Made by a program: the position numbers and the translations under genes. From Octopus sinensis (lineage: Eukaryota): DNA of 64,000 nucleotides. The stretch covers positions 36,084,001-36,148,000 of the forward strand of contig NC_043007.1 in NCBI RefSeq assembly GCF_006345805.1, in the 5' to 3' direction. Shown one piece after another: positions 26,147-40,374 of the stretch; the first letter of the stretch is position 1; each line of letters begins with the position of its first letter. The notes beneath the pieces are model-generated. The model saw only the letters and a list, made by a program, of their open reading frames with translations. It had not been told where the DNA came from and did not search any database.

Positions 26147-27342
26147 GCTTAGATTAATCCAAAGAAACAAAATTGACTGAATCAGTAGAGAGTAGGACAA
26201 AATATCTTGCAATATTTCACTACAGTTCTTATATGTTGGTTGTGAGTTCAAATCCTGTTGAAGGTTATTTTGCCTTTTGTATTTCCAAGAAGGTATCAGT
26301 AATAAAATAAAGTACAGTTCAATTAGAAAAAGGGAAAGACTGCCTTCAGTTATGAATGACCATGGGACTGCCCCAAGAAAGTTCCCCTCCAAGACAAGTC
26401 CAAGCATGGTTGTTTATGGAAGATCAGCAGTCACCCATGTATACCAGCCTCCCCTCTCCACACCACCGATGTTGTCCAGGGGAAAGGCAAAGGCCAGTAC
26501 TGCTTGGCACCAGTGATGTCGCAACTGATTTCTACAGCTGAGTGAACTGGAGCTAAGTGGAATAAAGTGTCTTCCTCAAGAACACAACACAGCCTGGTCT
26601 GAGAATTGAACTCACTATCTCATGATAGTGAGCACGATGATCTAACCACTGAGCCATGCACCTTCACATGCAGTTCAGTTACTGGTGTTGATTTCATTGG
26701 CTCTACCCTTCCCACTCCACAAGATGTGTAGCATTGTGCCTGTTAGAAATTAGTACTTTATAACCCCATTCCTCTTCATTGCTTATATTACATCCTGAGT
26801 GAGTTTAGATCAAGGGTGGGGAAACCCCTGTCCATGGGCGCATTTGTGCCTGCAGGCTGATATTCTTATATATACAAAATATAGTAAATTTTTCAATTAT
26901 AAATTTATACAATATTCGTATGCCTATTTGCAACATGAGACACATTTCCACAACGACTTAAAACGGTTAGACTCGAACAGAAAAATTATCCAGTAATTGC
27001 CATTTGAGTGGAAATTTTGTTTTGACTATAAAACCCATGTTGCTAGGTTTGTACCATCCACTTGAGACTCTAGCTGAAAAATATAGAATACCTCAAAAGT
27101 AATATAAACGTCCTAAATTCAGTGTCAGCATTAATGAAGATGTTACACGTTAATTAATGTCTTAAACCTATCTTTATTAATGTTTCTCGAATTCAGGTGT
27201 GGCTTTATAGGTGCAGGAGTGGCTGTTCGGTAAGTAGCTTGCTTACCAACCACATGGTTCTGGGTTCAGTCCCACTGCGTGACACCTTGTGAGTGGATTT
27301 GGTAGACGGTAACTGAAAGAAGCTCGTGTGTGTGTATGTATG

Positions 27343-27379
<37 letters not shown>

Positions 27380-27814
27380 CTGTGTTTGTCCCCCCAACTT
27401 CGCTTGACAACTGATGCTAGTGTGTTCATGTCTCCATAACATAGTGGTTCAGCAAAAGAGACTGACAGAATAAGTACTAAAGGCAGTGCTCCAACATGGC
27501 CACAGTCAAATGACTGAAACAAGTAAAAACAATGAACAAAAAAAAGAATATACAAGATTTACACAGATATAAGTTAGAACCTGTGATCCGCCCGCAGACC
27601 TTTTTCTTTGGAAATTTTTGCCCACCGTACAAAAAAGTTTTCCCCCCAGTAGGTCTGACTATTGTTGTTTATCCCCAGGTCAGCTCTGGTTCAGAAAACC
27701 TGGTCCCTGTGAGCAGCCTGTATTTTTCTACCAAACGTTTTTCAAAATTCCATTATCCTATTTCTTTAAAAACAATAATTGTATGATTTGGTGCCTGATT
27801 AATAGAGTTGTTAG

Positions 27815-28146
27815 AATGTGGCTCAGTGGTTAGAGCATCGAGCTTACGATCGTGAGGTTGTGAGCTCGAATCCCGGACCGGGCTGCGTGTTGTGTTCTTG
27901 AGCAAGGCACTTTATTTCACGTTGCTCCAGTTCACTCAGCTGTAGAAATGAGTTGCGACGTCACAGGTGCCAAGCTGTATCGGGCCCCTTTGCCTTTCCC
28001 TTGGACAACATCGGTGACGTGGAGAGGGGAGACCGGTATGCATGGGCGACTGCTGGTCTTCCATAAAACAACCTTGCCCAGACTTGTGCCTCAGAGGGTA
28101 ACTCTCTAGGTGCAAACCCATGGTCAGTGTCTGACTGAAGGGGGTC
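27815..28146 (+). mobile_element. tRNA-derived SINE with CORE-like central domain, CpG-rich (young) copy
   Basis: A-box TGGCTCAGTGG, B-box-like GAGCTCGAATCC, then GTGTTGTGTTCTTGAGCAAGGCACTTTA. More decayed relatives at ~26360-26660, 58830-59040 and 62110-62420. Confidence 0.8.
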
Positions 28147-30804
28147 AAAACAAGAACATCATCAAAGTGAAATCTGATGTTTTTTTATGGCATTTTTGCA
28201 TTTTGAGTTCAAACTCTGCTGTGGTCAACTTTGCCTTTCCTACTTACAAGATAAATAAAATAAAAATAGAAATAGCAGTCAAATGCTGATGTCAATATAA
28301 TTGTCTATTCTTTCCCACCTAATTTCTGGTCTTGTTCCTTGGGGATCGCTTTGTTTAACTAAAACCCTTCAAGGTGATACCCCTGCATGGCCACTGTCCA
28401 ACAATTGAAATAAGTAAAAGATAAAAGAATTGTTAAAATATCAGATTAAATGCCTAGTGATATTTTAGTTTCAAATCTCACTGAAGCCAGCTTTGGTTTT
28501 TATTTTTTTGTTTCTTTTTTCTTTTATCTTCAGGGGTTGATAAAATAGATTCTCAGTGAAGTGCTGGGGCCAATTTAATTGACTAACCCATTCCATCAAA
28601 TTTGTGGCCTTATGCTTTTGTTAGAAATCTGTTATGTCAGGAAAATGTTTGGTGGACAGGCTGAAATGATAGAATAGAGAGCTTAAGGACAAAAGTTCTC
28701 TTTCTCTCTCTCTCTGTTTCTCTTTCTCTCTCTCTCTCTTTCTCTCACTTTCTCTTTCTCTCTCTCTCTCACTTTCTCTTTCTTTCTCTCTCACTTTCTC
28801 TCTCTCTCTCTCATAATTTTGTTGTTATAAAGGTGTTGAGTTGCTGCAATGGTAGTATTAGATTAAGTACCTTATATTTAGTAATGCCCCACCTTTTAAC
28901 ATTCTGAGGTGGTAGTAGTAATAGTAGTAGTAGTAGGAGGAGTTAGACTTTTGTCTTTGTTGGAAACAAAAGCAAACTTGCCAAACCTGTACATAGAAAA
29001 CAGGCCTTGGATGAAATGGAGTTGATAGTATAGGTGATTATAATAATATTGATAATAATAATGATGGTAGTGTTGGTGGTGATGTTGTTAATGTGATCAG
29101 GATAAAGATTCATATTGATGGTGGTGGTGGTGACAGTAGTATTGATGATGGGGTTGTTGGTGGTTATGATGATTATGGTGATGATGGTCATGATAAGAGT
29201 TGGGTTAGGCAATGAACACTGGCTCCTTTTGTTTTTTTTCCTTTTTCTTTTTGTATTGTGTTTTCTTTGGCTAGTTTTGGTGAAAATTGAGAATCTGTAT
29301 TCACTATATACTAGAAGAGAAAATAGTAGTTGGAAGGTTTCGTGGTTGGAACAATTAATTGATGGCGCTGAAAAGGCATGCACCAAATCCATTGCCTTTG
29401 TCATTATTGTTGCTGTCATTTCACCATTATCACCGTCACTACATCTGATACAAATGTCGTCTCCGTGGCTCACATTATTATCGCCATCATAACCATCATT
29501 GTGACTACTACAAACATCCCTGTCAAACTGTTCAGAATAAAAATGATTCTGCTGATGGGCTTCCATAAAGTTTTTACTCAGTTTCAATTGCTAGGTTGAC
29601 CGTGAGCTTATGATAAGACACTTGCCCAAGGTATTGTGAAGTTTGATCGAGTGGCTGTTGCTTACCAACCACATGGTTCCGGGTTCAGTCCCACTGCGTG
29701 GCATCTTGGGCAAGTGTCTTCTGCTATAGCCTTGGGCCGACCAATGCCTTGTAAGTGGATTTGGTAGACGGAAACTGAAAGAAGCCTGTCGTATATATAT
29801 GTATATGTATGTGTATGTATATGTTTGTGTGTCTGTGTTTATCCCCCTAGCATTGCTTGACAACCAATGCTGGTGTGTTTACGTCCCCGTCACTTAGCGG
29901 TTCGGCAAAAAAGACCGATAGAATAAGTACTGGGCTTACAAAGAATAAGTCCCGGTGTCGATTTGCTCGACTAAAGGCGGTGCTCCAGCATGGCTGCAGT
30001 CAAATGACTGAAACAAGTAAATGAGTAAATGAAGCTGTGAAGTGAACATCTTAGTTACAAAACTTTGCTTGTTAGAAATAGCGACCAAATCTCCCTCTCG
30101 AACCACTACTAGTTGTTGTAACAACAGATGGACATATTGGATAAATTTAGTTCCGATTACACAATGTCTGAGCAAGGTGAGGTGGGGGTGAAACAAATAG
30201 GATGTTCATGACTTGAACACCTATTATAGATTTCACTTAATGTAGGCCAGAGAGAGACTGAACAAAAATAATACTGCAATGCCATCTAATGGCTGTACTT
30301 CACCTTGAGAGACAAAAAAAAAAAAATTTTATGAAATTATCAACCTTATGCCTAAGGAAGAAATCAATATCTTTAAGATGTCTGATCAGCTTGTTGATTA
30401 ATTTTTTTTTTTCAAGGATTATCTGAATTTATATTTATATTTTCGTTGTATTTAGAATTAACCAGATTATGTAAATTCAACAGAAACAGACGGTGTAGTA
30501 GCAAACTGTTGGTTTATATGAGACTTTTCCCTTTTTTATTTTAATTTTTTTCTTTATAGCAAAATGTATAGTTATATTATCATCACCAGTGTTTTAACAT
30601 TTATTGTTCTGTGCTTGCAAAGGTCAAATGGAATTTGTTTAAATAGATTTTTCTATGGCTGGATGCCCTTCATGTCCCCAACCTGTTTCCGAAGCAAAGT
30701 AATAGTTTCCTATGGCTGACATGTTTTCACAGAATGAAACCACTTGTATGACACTGACGCTTGTTTTTACAACTATTGTGCCATGTCAAGACAGGGTGAC
30801 ACAA

Positions 30805-30838
<34 letters not shown>

Positions 30839-30967
30839 CCATATACAGGATGGACTTCTTTATGATTCTCTCTGTCACAAGGCTTTGGTTGTCCTGGGCT
30901 TGTGGTAGAAGACACTTGCCCAAGGTGTCACACACTGGAATTTAATTTGAAATTACGACTGAAGTTC

Positions 30968-31002
<35 letters not shown>

Positions 31003-31840
31003 ACATAAAAAGCACCCATGCTGGTGACACATAAAGAGCACATGTACTGGTGTCATGTAAAGGGCACCCATTCTGGTTCTACATAAAGGGAACCCATGCT
31101 GATGCCACTTAAATGGCACCTGTGCCTGTGCCATGTAAATGACACCCGTGCTGGCGCCACGTAAAGGAAACCCGTGCTAGTGCCACGTGAATGACGCTCG
31201 TGTCAGCGTCACATAAAGGAGACCCGTGTCAGTGTTACATGAAAAGCACCCATGCTGGTGCCATGTAAAAAGCTTTCAGTACACTCTGTTTAGTGGTTGG
31301 CATTAGGAAAGGCATCCAGCCATTGCCACTGGCCAGCTCCTATCAAACCATCCAACCCATGCCAGCATGGAAAACAAACATTAAAAGATGGTGATGATTC
31401 CTAATTTAACTCTTTTGACAGAATCATTATTGACAAAATTATTGACAGAATCATTGGCTCATTGGACAAAATGCCTTGTATGTGTTCAAACTCAGAATTC
31501 TGTATTCAAATCCTGCTGAAGTTGACTTAACTCTTTATTGATTTTTTTTTTTTTTTGGCATTCAAGTTGATAAAGTATATAGTTTAATCATCAACACTAT
31601 CTTTCCAAATTGTGCTGCATTTCCCATGGAATTTTTGGTTTTCGAAAATCATCTTGGTGCATGAGTCATCCTAGCTTTTTCAGCTGTAAATTTTAGTTGG
31701 AAAATTTCAGCTAGTATGCCAGAAAATATGATGTCCTTTTAGGATTCAGAAAATAATTAAGAGTAAAATACTGGAATCAGTGACTAATCCCCTTCCCTAA
31801 AATTTACTGGTCTTGTACCGAAAGTAGAAACAATTGTAAT

Positions 31841-32205
31841 TATAGCAAGAGCACTCAGTGCAAACCTCAGCCCAGGCAACACCAACGTCCTCTCAACAAT
31901 TAGCCAGAGAGGATTTTTGAAATGAGAATATCTGAAATAAACTCGACTGCTCTCACAAATGAGAATACTAAAAATGAACCCAACCGCTCTCAAAAATTAA
32001 GTTAAAAAAAAACAGGAAAAATAATCCAGAATCCTTGTCTAGTATCGGATCAATCCCAAAATCTAATCAGTTTGTGCCAGTTATGAGGTCAAACATCCCT
32101 GAAAGTTTCATCCAAATCCATCCAGCGGTTCATGAGATATCTTGTCCACAAACAAACAAACATGACTGAAAACAATACCTCTGTCTTCACTGAGGCAGAG
32201 GTAAT
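31841..32205 (+). mobile_element. Probable Helentron-associated (DINE/HINE-like) non-autonomous element
   Basis: 3' stem-loop TACCTCTG...CAGAGGTA (32176-32203) preceded by a (CAAA)n microsatellite and an AAAGTTTCATCCAAATCC core, the layout of DINE-like elements. Confidence 0.55.
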
Positions 32206-33405
32206 TATGTTCTGTAAGTTTCATATAAGTTCCTAATGCACTACCAAGCACTTCGCAATGTTCCTGAGCTATCAGCATTGTCTTTTGAGGAACACTTTTT
32301 ATCTTTTACTTGTTTCATTGGTCTGCGGCCATGCTGGTGCCACCTTGAAGGATTTTGTCAAACAAATTGACTCCAATACTTATTTTTGAAATTCTGGTAC
32401 TTATTCTATTAGTCCTTTTGCTGAATCGGTAAGTTATAGGAACATAAACAAACTGACAGTTGTTATCAAATACATGAATAACCTTTTGGTTACTTCCTTG
32501 ACAAGTGCTTTGTACTTGTCATACCTTCCATCCTGTTTCCTTCCTCGGAATATTTCTGACAAGATATAATGTCAGCTATAAATGAACATGTTTCCTAGAC
32601 CTGGCTATTTTGAATGTAAATAGCTAAAAAATAAATACCATAAAGTGTTTTGTCCAATCATCTAACAATTCTGTCTGTTTACTCTCCTGGATAAGTACTT
32701 TAGTTTTTCATCCGTGGAATGATAAAAAGTAAGATTTACCTCAGCAGGATTTGAACTCAGAACATAAAGAGCCTGCAAAAATACCACAAAGTATAATATT
32801 CAACACTAATAATTCTGCCAATATGTTACACCAGGCTGGTGCTTTGTGAGGATGAAAGATAACAGTTGATCTTGGTGGGATGGGATTTGAACTTGGAATG
32901 TATATTACCAGAATAAATATCTGAAGGTGCTGTTGACTGATGCTCAAATGATTTTGCTGATTGAAGATTAATGAAGTTGAGTAGTGTATATGGTTTTGAA
33001 GCTACTTTCCTGCCCATCTACCTATCTGCTTATGGTTTGTAAATTCAATTCCACTAAAGACATTTTTCTGTTAGAGTGGATAGAATACTTAATTCTACAT
33101 TGAACCAAGTCACTTAAGGTTCCAGGCCTATTTGAGAGTTACTCTGCAATTGACTACATCACTGTCGTTGTTAATCCTTGATCAAAGATGTGTTCAGCTG
33201 TGATTATCCTATTTGTTTTTAGAGATGTTCCGCACTAACTACATTATTTAATGTGTCCTCTGCTTCAATATAGCAGGGTATGATTTTAGGGATATTTGGT
33301 TGCTATATTTACATCTGGAAGCAGTGAGATAATGCAGGACTGATTCAAAAGAATGTGAATGAATAAGCATTAACATTTGAAAGAATAATAAGTGACTGTC
33401 TTGTG

Positions 33406-34175
33406 CAGTGGTTCTTAACCATTTTTTCTTGTAGCCATCCCACATCCTTTTAAGTAGTTGTTATGTCTAGTGCTATCTAAGTACTGACTGAGGTATCATG
33501 GCTAAACTAACTTAACAAGGATGGTCATTTATAAATTATATTCTAAAATTGGGTTTTATAAGCTTTTAACAGTGAAATCATAAAAATATTAATAAAGAAA
33601 AGAGTTGTGAATTTACTTTGTACATTACAATTTAATGGCTTTCCTGGTGAGCTCTTGTTTTAATGACCATTACTAATTTTATCATGTAAAATATAGTTAT
33701 GTGTGGTAAGTAGCTTGCTTACCAACCACATGGTTCTGGGTTCAGTCCCACTGCGTGGCACCTTGGGCAAGTGTCTTCTACTATAGCCTCAGGCCAACTA
33801 AAGCCTTGTGAGTGGATTTGGTAGACGGAAACTGAAAGAAACCCGTCGTATATATGTGTGTGTTTGTCCCCCCAACATCGCTTGACAACTGATGTTGGTG
33901 TGTTTACGTCCCCGTAACTTAGCAGTTCGGCAAAAGAGACCGATAGAATAAGTACTAGGCTTACAAAGAATAAGTCCTGGGGTCGATTTGCTCAACTAAA
34001 GGTGGTGCTCCAGCATGGCCGCAGTCAAATGACTGAAACAAGTAAAAGTGTAAGAGTATATATTAAATTTGGTATGTTGTTATCTCACTGCCCCCATCAC
34101 CCCTAAAGTTTAATGCCCCCTTTGACATGCATAGTGCCACCTTAGGGGCAGTACTGCTCACGTTGAGAACCTCTG
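33406..34175. mobile_element. hAT (Charlie-like) MITE, same family as 25549-26146, with a SINE nested at ~33700-34035
   Basis: CAGTGGTTCTTAAC...GTTGAGAACCTCTG ends; TSD GTCTTGTG / GTCTAGTG (7/8 match). Confidence 0.75.
33700..34035 (+). mobile_element. Representative of the most abundant SINE family (GTGTGGTAAGTAGCTTGCTTACCAACCACATGG head, internal TA/TG microsatellite, GACTGAAACAAGTAAAA tail)
   Basis: Near-intact copy. Further copies on + at ~27214, 29658, 36705, 49675, 53560, 57005 and 62950, and on - at ~4230, 19030, 20060, 22375, 45200, 46880 and 63120. Confidence 0.85.
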
Positions 34176-35096
34176 GTCTAGTGGTTCCATGGTTCAACTT
34201 GATGGATTGTGTCTTTAGGAAGGCAATCCTGGCATCCATTTTTGTAGAAACGATGTAAAACCAGAGTCGAGTGTCAACTCTCTGTAAGCTTATGATGGAT
34301 TACAAAGCTATAAGATATGTGGATGGGTGGATCTGCTAGTTTCTGTCTTTCACATGAAAAAAAAAAAAAGCACGGATCTGTTTTTTCCTTTTTTTTTTTT
34401 TTTTGTTAAATTTTTCTGAATTTGGACAACATTAAAAGGATATTGAATCAGTCATGATAATGATGATTATTGAATATGGTGTGTGATACTGGACACACAC
34501 AATACAATACAAATTATTAGTTTTGTTCAGTGAAGCTGGAGGTTGCTAGGTAATATTTCCTACTTCACAGTTGAGTGAATGGTTTATTGATAGAATGGTT
34601 CTTTTCAAAGCAATTTGACCGAAGCCAGCTCAGAAAAGGTGAAAGGAAAATGAGGGGAGTTATTTATGTAATAAAATATGCATAGTCTTTTATGCTTTTA
34701 GTCATTGGACTAAAATCATAAAAATTGTGTATTATTAGATTATATTTATATATATATAAATAAATAATGTGATGTATTATGCATACAGAATGATGAATCA
34801 AATCAATGATTTTTGAAATATTTTGGTTGGAAGGAAGATTATCCTGAGAGTGCATTGATAATAGCCGGAGAAGGAAAGCACCAATGAGTTTGAAAGAATT
34901 AGTCGGTACTAAGAGAAAAATGTTATCAAGTACTGTGAGACATCTCAAATAGCTATATTTCTAGCAGCTATGTTGTACTTCCGTTTCCATTCAGTGGAAG
35001 ACTCGAGTTCTAGAAAAAGATTTTCCAAGACTAGAGTATTTATTCACCATCATGGGAAAGCTAGATCTGTTCCTTACATCTACATGAAATTGCACA

Positions 35097-35704
35097 TTAA
35101 CCCTTTAGCATTCAGATTATTCTTTCAAATGTTAATGCTTATTCATTTACATTCTTTTGAATCGGTCCTACATTATCTCACTGTTTCCAGATGTAAACGG
35201 TGTGATTGTTTATTTTAAGAACGACATTGTAGCATTGATGTGAAAGGTTGGATCTGACTGGCTTGAACATAAAATGGGAAGAATATTTGGGCCGGAATAT
35301 GGCTGGTTTAAATGCTAAAGAATTAACCCTTTCATTACTGTATTTATTTTGAGATGCTCTGTGTTTCTTTCAATTATTACTTAGAATATAACAAAGAATT
35401 TAGTAAAATAACTTAGTTATCATTCAGCTAGTGTTAGGAACATAAATTGTGACTAAGGTTTGATCGAAGATTTTAATTCAAAACTTCATCATCATTGTTT
35501 AACGTCCGTTTTCCATGCTAGCACAGGTTGGATGGTTTGACCAGGGTCTGGGAAGCCAGGAGGCTGCACCAGGCTCCAGTCTGATCTGGCAGTGTTTCTA
35601 CAGCTGGATGCCCTTCCTAACGCCAACCACTCCGTGAATGAAAACAAAACATTTGTACTCAGAGCCAGAGCCGGTTTCAGCCAGGTTGGTAACGAAAGGG
35701 TTAA
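35097..35704. mobile_element. Two adjacent piggyBac-like MITEs sharing a TTAA; the second carries a SINE/LINE-tail insert at ~35486-35640
   Basis: TTAA|CCCTTT at 35097-35106 and 35323-35332; AAAGGG|TTAA at 35695-35704. Confidence 0.75.
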
Positions 35705-36890
35705 TGACTCACAATGCTATGTTGCTACCAGATAATATCATCATCAGAAGCACTCTGGTGTCTAAGAAGAAATTTCCTTGCTGACAAAACCCACAACATC
35801 ATACATTTCAAGGGTGATATACAGATGGCTTTTGTAATTTGATACTGTTTCAATTATGTATTCTGAATTCATTACAGCCTGCTTTTCTGCGACATCGGTG
35901 AATGTACTAATCACTTTTTTATAAATTAGTGGCATCAGTTCAGACATATGCTAAGTTAGTACATGTCATTATTTTCAAAATTAATAGGAACAAAGGCAGT
36001 GCATTTCAGCAGAAATATAACAAAAGGGTTAATGATATCTCTAATCTGTTGGGATTTTCTTCAAAAACACCAAGTTGTTAATAACAAAAATCATTCACCA
36101 GTTTGTTAATTTCATGGTTCCGAAATGGAACTTCTCTTCATTAGCTGATTGCTGGTTTGTCTATCAAATGCATGCCGCCATTACCACCAACATCAGCCTG
36201 CAGAGAAGTGAAGCCAACAGTAAAAAAAAGAATTCAAAATAATAAACATTGACCCAAGTGCAGCAACATGCTTTTCACACTTTAATTGATGCCATATCAA
36301 GCTATAACCCTAATTCAAATATTTTCTTTGTTAAAGAGGCTTTGCAACTCCGGAAAGAGATATTTCCATTGAACACTTATCGAGTTTGTAGAAGCATATT
36401 TCAATCAACCAGTTCTCACTCTTGCATCTACAAGACTGGTTGTATTGTTTTGCAAAAGTGGTTCTACAACCCATTCAACTTTTCCATGTAGCAATTTCTA
36501 TTGACAGCAATACTGCTTACAGAATTGCTATTAATAGCAACCTGGTGATTGTTATTGTCTTTGGTGCTTTATGTTAAAATGAAGTACTACAAATAAAGCC
36601 ATACTGTTAAATTGTTTTTACTAGTTTGTCTATGGAGCTGTTGGTTTTTAATGCCTTGGTAGCAAGCTCATAGTGTATCTAGGTAATTTTTAGCAAACAC
36701 TAGGCACAGGCAAAGCTTTGTGGTTAAGAAGCTTGTTTCCTAACCATGTGGTCTTTGATTCAGTCCTAATTCATGGCATCTTGGGCAGGTGTCTTCTACT
36801 TTAGCCTCAGACTGACCAAGGCTCTGTGAGTGCAACTGAGAGAAGGAAACTGGAAAAAGCTCATTGTGTATGTGTATACCTTTGCTTTGT

Positions 36891-37200
36891 GGAGGCACAT
36901 GGCCTAGTGGTAAGAGCAGCGGACTCGCGGTCGAGGGATTGTGGGTTCGAATCTCAGACCAGACAATGTGTGTGTTTATGAGCGAAACACCTAAGCTCCA
37001 CGCGGCTCCGGCAAAAGGTAATGGCGAACTTCTGCTGACTCTTTCGCCACAACTTTCTCTCACTCTTTCCTCCTGCATCTTGCAGCTCACCTGCGACGGA
37101 CCGGTGTCCCATCCAGGTGGGGAACCTATACACCAAGAAACCGGGAAACCAGCCCTTATGAGCCAGGCATGGCTCGAGAAGGTACAAACAACAAAAACAA
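36891..37200 (+). mobile_element. tRNA-derived SINE with 14-bp TSD, inserted into another SINE
   Basis: A-box TGGCCTAGTGG, B-box GGTTCGAATC, (ACA)-rich tail; ATACCTTTGCTTTG at 36876-36889 and 37200-37213. Confidence 0.85.
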
Positions 37201-38379
37201 TACCTTTGCTTTGAAACTATGTGATGCTTGCAAATGAGCAGCTCTCTCATACTAACAATGTTGCTAATTTCTAGTCTTCCATGGAAAACATGTCTAGCCA
37301 TGAGGAAATATTAACTTGCTTGGAAACAGGTGAGGGTTGGTGACAGGAAGGGCATCCAGTCATAGAAAATCTTCCTCAGTAAAACTCCATTTGACCCATG
37401 GATGCTTGGAAATGTAGATGTTAAATAATGATGATTGATGATGATAATGACCTCTGCTTTTGAAGAAAACTAGCAGAGCTGTTATTCTCAACAGAGTTAG
37501 GATTCATTCTTCATTTTGGATGAGAATGATAAAATTGAAACTATCATGAATATGCAACCATAGAATTGATAGAACCAATTCTGGTTGACCACTTCTGTTT
37601 TGTATTATTGAACTGTGGAGCAGAATGAATTGGTAGACTCTGATTGGCAGGATTGCATGTCCAAATGTTATTGAGATTGCATTGAATAAATATAAAATTA
37701 TAAATCAAGTTTTCGTGGTAGACTGAATCCTGCCAATTTCACAGAAATAATTTCCTCATTTAGAGAATCAACATTACTGGTAAAGATAGATGGCATTGTA
37801 ATTTCAAATTAAATCCCAGTGTGTGATACCTTGAGAAAGTGTCTTCTGCCACAGGCCCAGGATAACCAAAGCCTTGTGAATTGGATTTGACACAGAGAAT
37901 CAAAAAGAAGTCCATTCTCTATATGGTTTTTGTGTGTGTGTGCACCTGTATTTGTGTCACTCTGCCATGACATGGCACAATAGTTGTAAAAACATGCCAT
38001 CTATCTTTACCAGTAATGTTGATTCTCTAAATGAGGAAATTATTTATTTGATGGTGGACTAATCTCTTAGAAAAGTATCATCCAAAGATGAATATATTAT
38101 CATCATCTTTTAATGTCCATCTTCCCATGTTGGTATGGGTTGAATGGTTTGACAAAGTTTGCTGGGTCCAAGGACTACATTGAACTACAGTATCTGCTTT
38201 GGTACAGCTTCCCAGGTTGAAGTCTGAAAGAAGGGACCAGAACAGGTTTCTTGCTGTTGAGGAGCAACATAGCTGAATGGAATTTTTAAATGGCTAAAAC
38301 TTTGGAGTACTGCCCACTTCTCACTCCTACTTTAATATATATATATATATATATAAATACTTATATACTTTAATATAAT

Positions 38380-38779
38380 GGTTGTTCATTGTTTTGAATT
38401 AATCATGCATTATTTCATAGCTTTGTGATTTCAGTGATGTGATTGTTTATTTTAGAATGACATTTTGGGATTGAAGTGAGAATCTGGATCTGACCAGTTT
38501 CAACATAAGACAGGTTAAATATTTTCGCTGGATATTGCTGATTTGAATGTTAAAGGGTTAACCCTTTAGCATTTAAACCGGCCATATCTGGCCAAAAGTA
38601 TTCTGCCTGTTTTATGTTCAAACTGGCCATATCTGGTCTCTCAGACCAACCCTACAATATCGTTTTAAAAATTAACAGCTACTTCATCAAAATCTCATAG
38701 CTACAAGATGATTAGTTCAAAACAATGTGGATAAAAAAAGATTAATTTTGGTGGAATAATGTGAACACTAAAGGGTTAA
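38380..38779. mobile_element. Tail-to-tail pair of piggyBac-like MITEs sharing TTAA at 38558-38561
   Basis: Perfect junction palindrome AAAGGGTTAACCCTTT; the arms are diverged copies of one MITE family in opposite orientation. Confidence 0.75.
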
Positions 38780-40374
38780 ACTTGAAGGAAAATGATTGTT
38801 ATGATATTCTAAAATTTAAACCAGGTTAATGAAATACAAGTAGATATAAACAATTTATGTGAATGCTTGAATGAAGGCCACATTGTTACAGAAGTCGAAT
38901 TTTATAGAAAACCAGTCATGTGCTAAGAATATGCTATGACCCTCTGATGCCATGCTGCATTCACTCTTATATGATTACAAGTATCAGATTGAATATTTTT
39001 TTCACAATGAAAGCTGATAAATCTTAAATGTCTTTCATTCAGTGAAACAGATCTGTTCGGAAGAACAGATAAATTAACACGTGGACAACTGTTTGTTGCT
39101 CTCCCAAGATCCACACACGGTTCAACAGTTAAAATGACTTTGCAGGAAAGACGATAATCACTGTTGTAATCACTGATGTTTTTTAGTGTTTGAACTTGTA
39201 TCAGATGGATTTTCAAGAATTTTTCACAAAGCCTCAGGTTGACTGATTCCTTCTGAGCAGAATTGGTAAATGGAAATTGAGAAATGTGTTTGTGCATGTG
39301 TGTGTGCGTGTGTGTATGTGTACATGTGTGTGTGTACATGTGTGTGTGTACATGTGTGTGTGTACATGTGTGTATGTGTACATGTGTGTGTGTGTACATG
39401 TGTGTGTGTGTGTACATGTGTGTATGTGTACATGTGTATACATGTGTGTGTGTAAACACGCACACACACACAACAGCCTCCACACGGTTTCTTTTTTCTT
39501 TATTTCCCACAAGGGGCTAAACATAGAGGGGACAAACAAGGACAAAGGGATGAAGTCGATTACATCAACCCCAGTGCTTAACTGGTACTTAATTTATCAA
39601 CCCCGAAAGGATGAAAGGCAAAGTCGACCTCGGTGGAATTTGAACTGCAAAGACAGACAAAATATTGCTAAGCATTTCGCCCGGTATGCTAACATTTCTG
39701 CCAGCTTCCACACAGTTTCTGTCTACCAAATTCACTCATAAGATATTTGTCAGCCGAGCGCTATAGTGGAAGATAAGATGCCCCCCACACACACATGTGT
39801 GCATGTGTGTGTGTTCTTTCCATGCCTACTGTGTTAACACTGCTTAAAGAAAAGGCAGTGTTTACATTCTCTGGTTTATAGGCTTCCCCATAGTTCCATC
39901 ATCTCACCCCTTTCGTCATGTGAGGACCAGAATCAGCCATGAGAAAGTCTGCCTAAACAAGTTCCTCCTAACTGATATTAGTGTGGTTTAAAAAAAAAAA
40001 TTAATATATGGCGGTGCCCCAGCATGGCCACAGCTTGTGAGCTGAAACTAGATAAAATAAAATAAAAAAAAATATAAATAAATGAAAACGAAACAGAAAA
40101 GATGATAATGATGATGGGTTTAGATGAAGAGGCAGCGCACATGACTTTGGTGGACCCGTGGTTTTTGATACCATCAATGCTTCTCTTGAACTTTTGAAAG
40201 TCAACTCCTGCAGGAAAGACATGAGCTAGGAGGAAATACCATAGGATTGTCGTTGTGGCAAGATATATTTATATATAGATGTGTTTTAGTACGCTAGCTA
40301 ACACTTCCTCTTTACTATATATATTTCCTAATATAATAATGAGTGCAGTGTTTTTATATATTTGTGTGTACAAA

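Noticed and set aside
27815-27900. tRNA gene (also at ~36891 and ~6350-6433)
   Set aside because: A and B boxes are present, but there is no complete cloverleaf and each continues into SINE body and tail sequence.
28943-29599. 214-aa and 125-aa ORFs
   Set aside because: They arise from decayed GGT/GAT/AAT trinucleotide repeats; low complexity, no domain, no splice support.
38923-39741. His/Thr- and Cys/Val-rich ORFs up to 195 aa
   Set aside because: Translations of a (TG)nTACA composite microsatellite.
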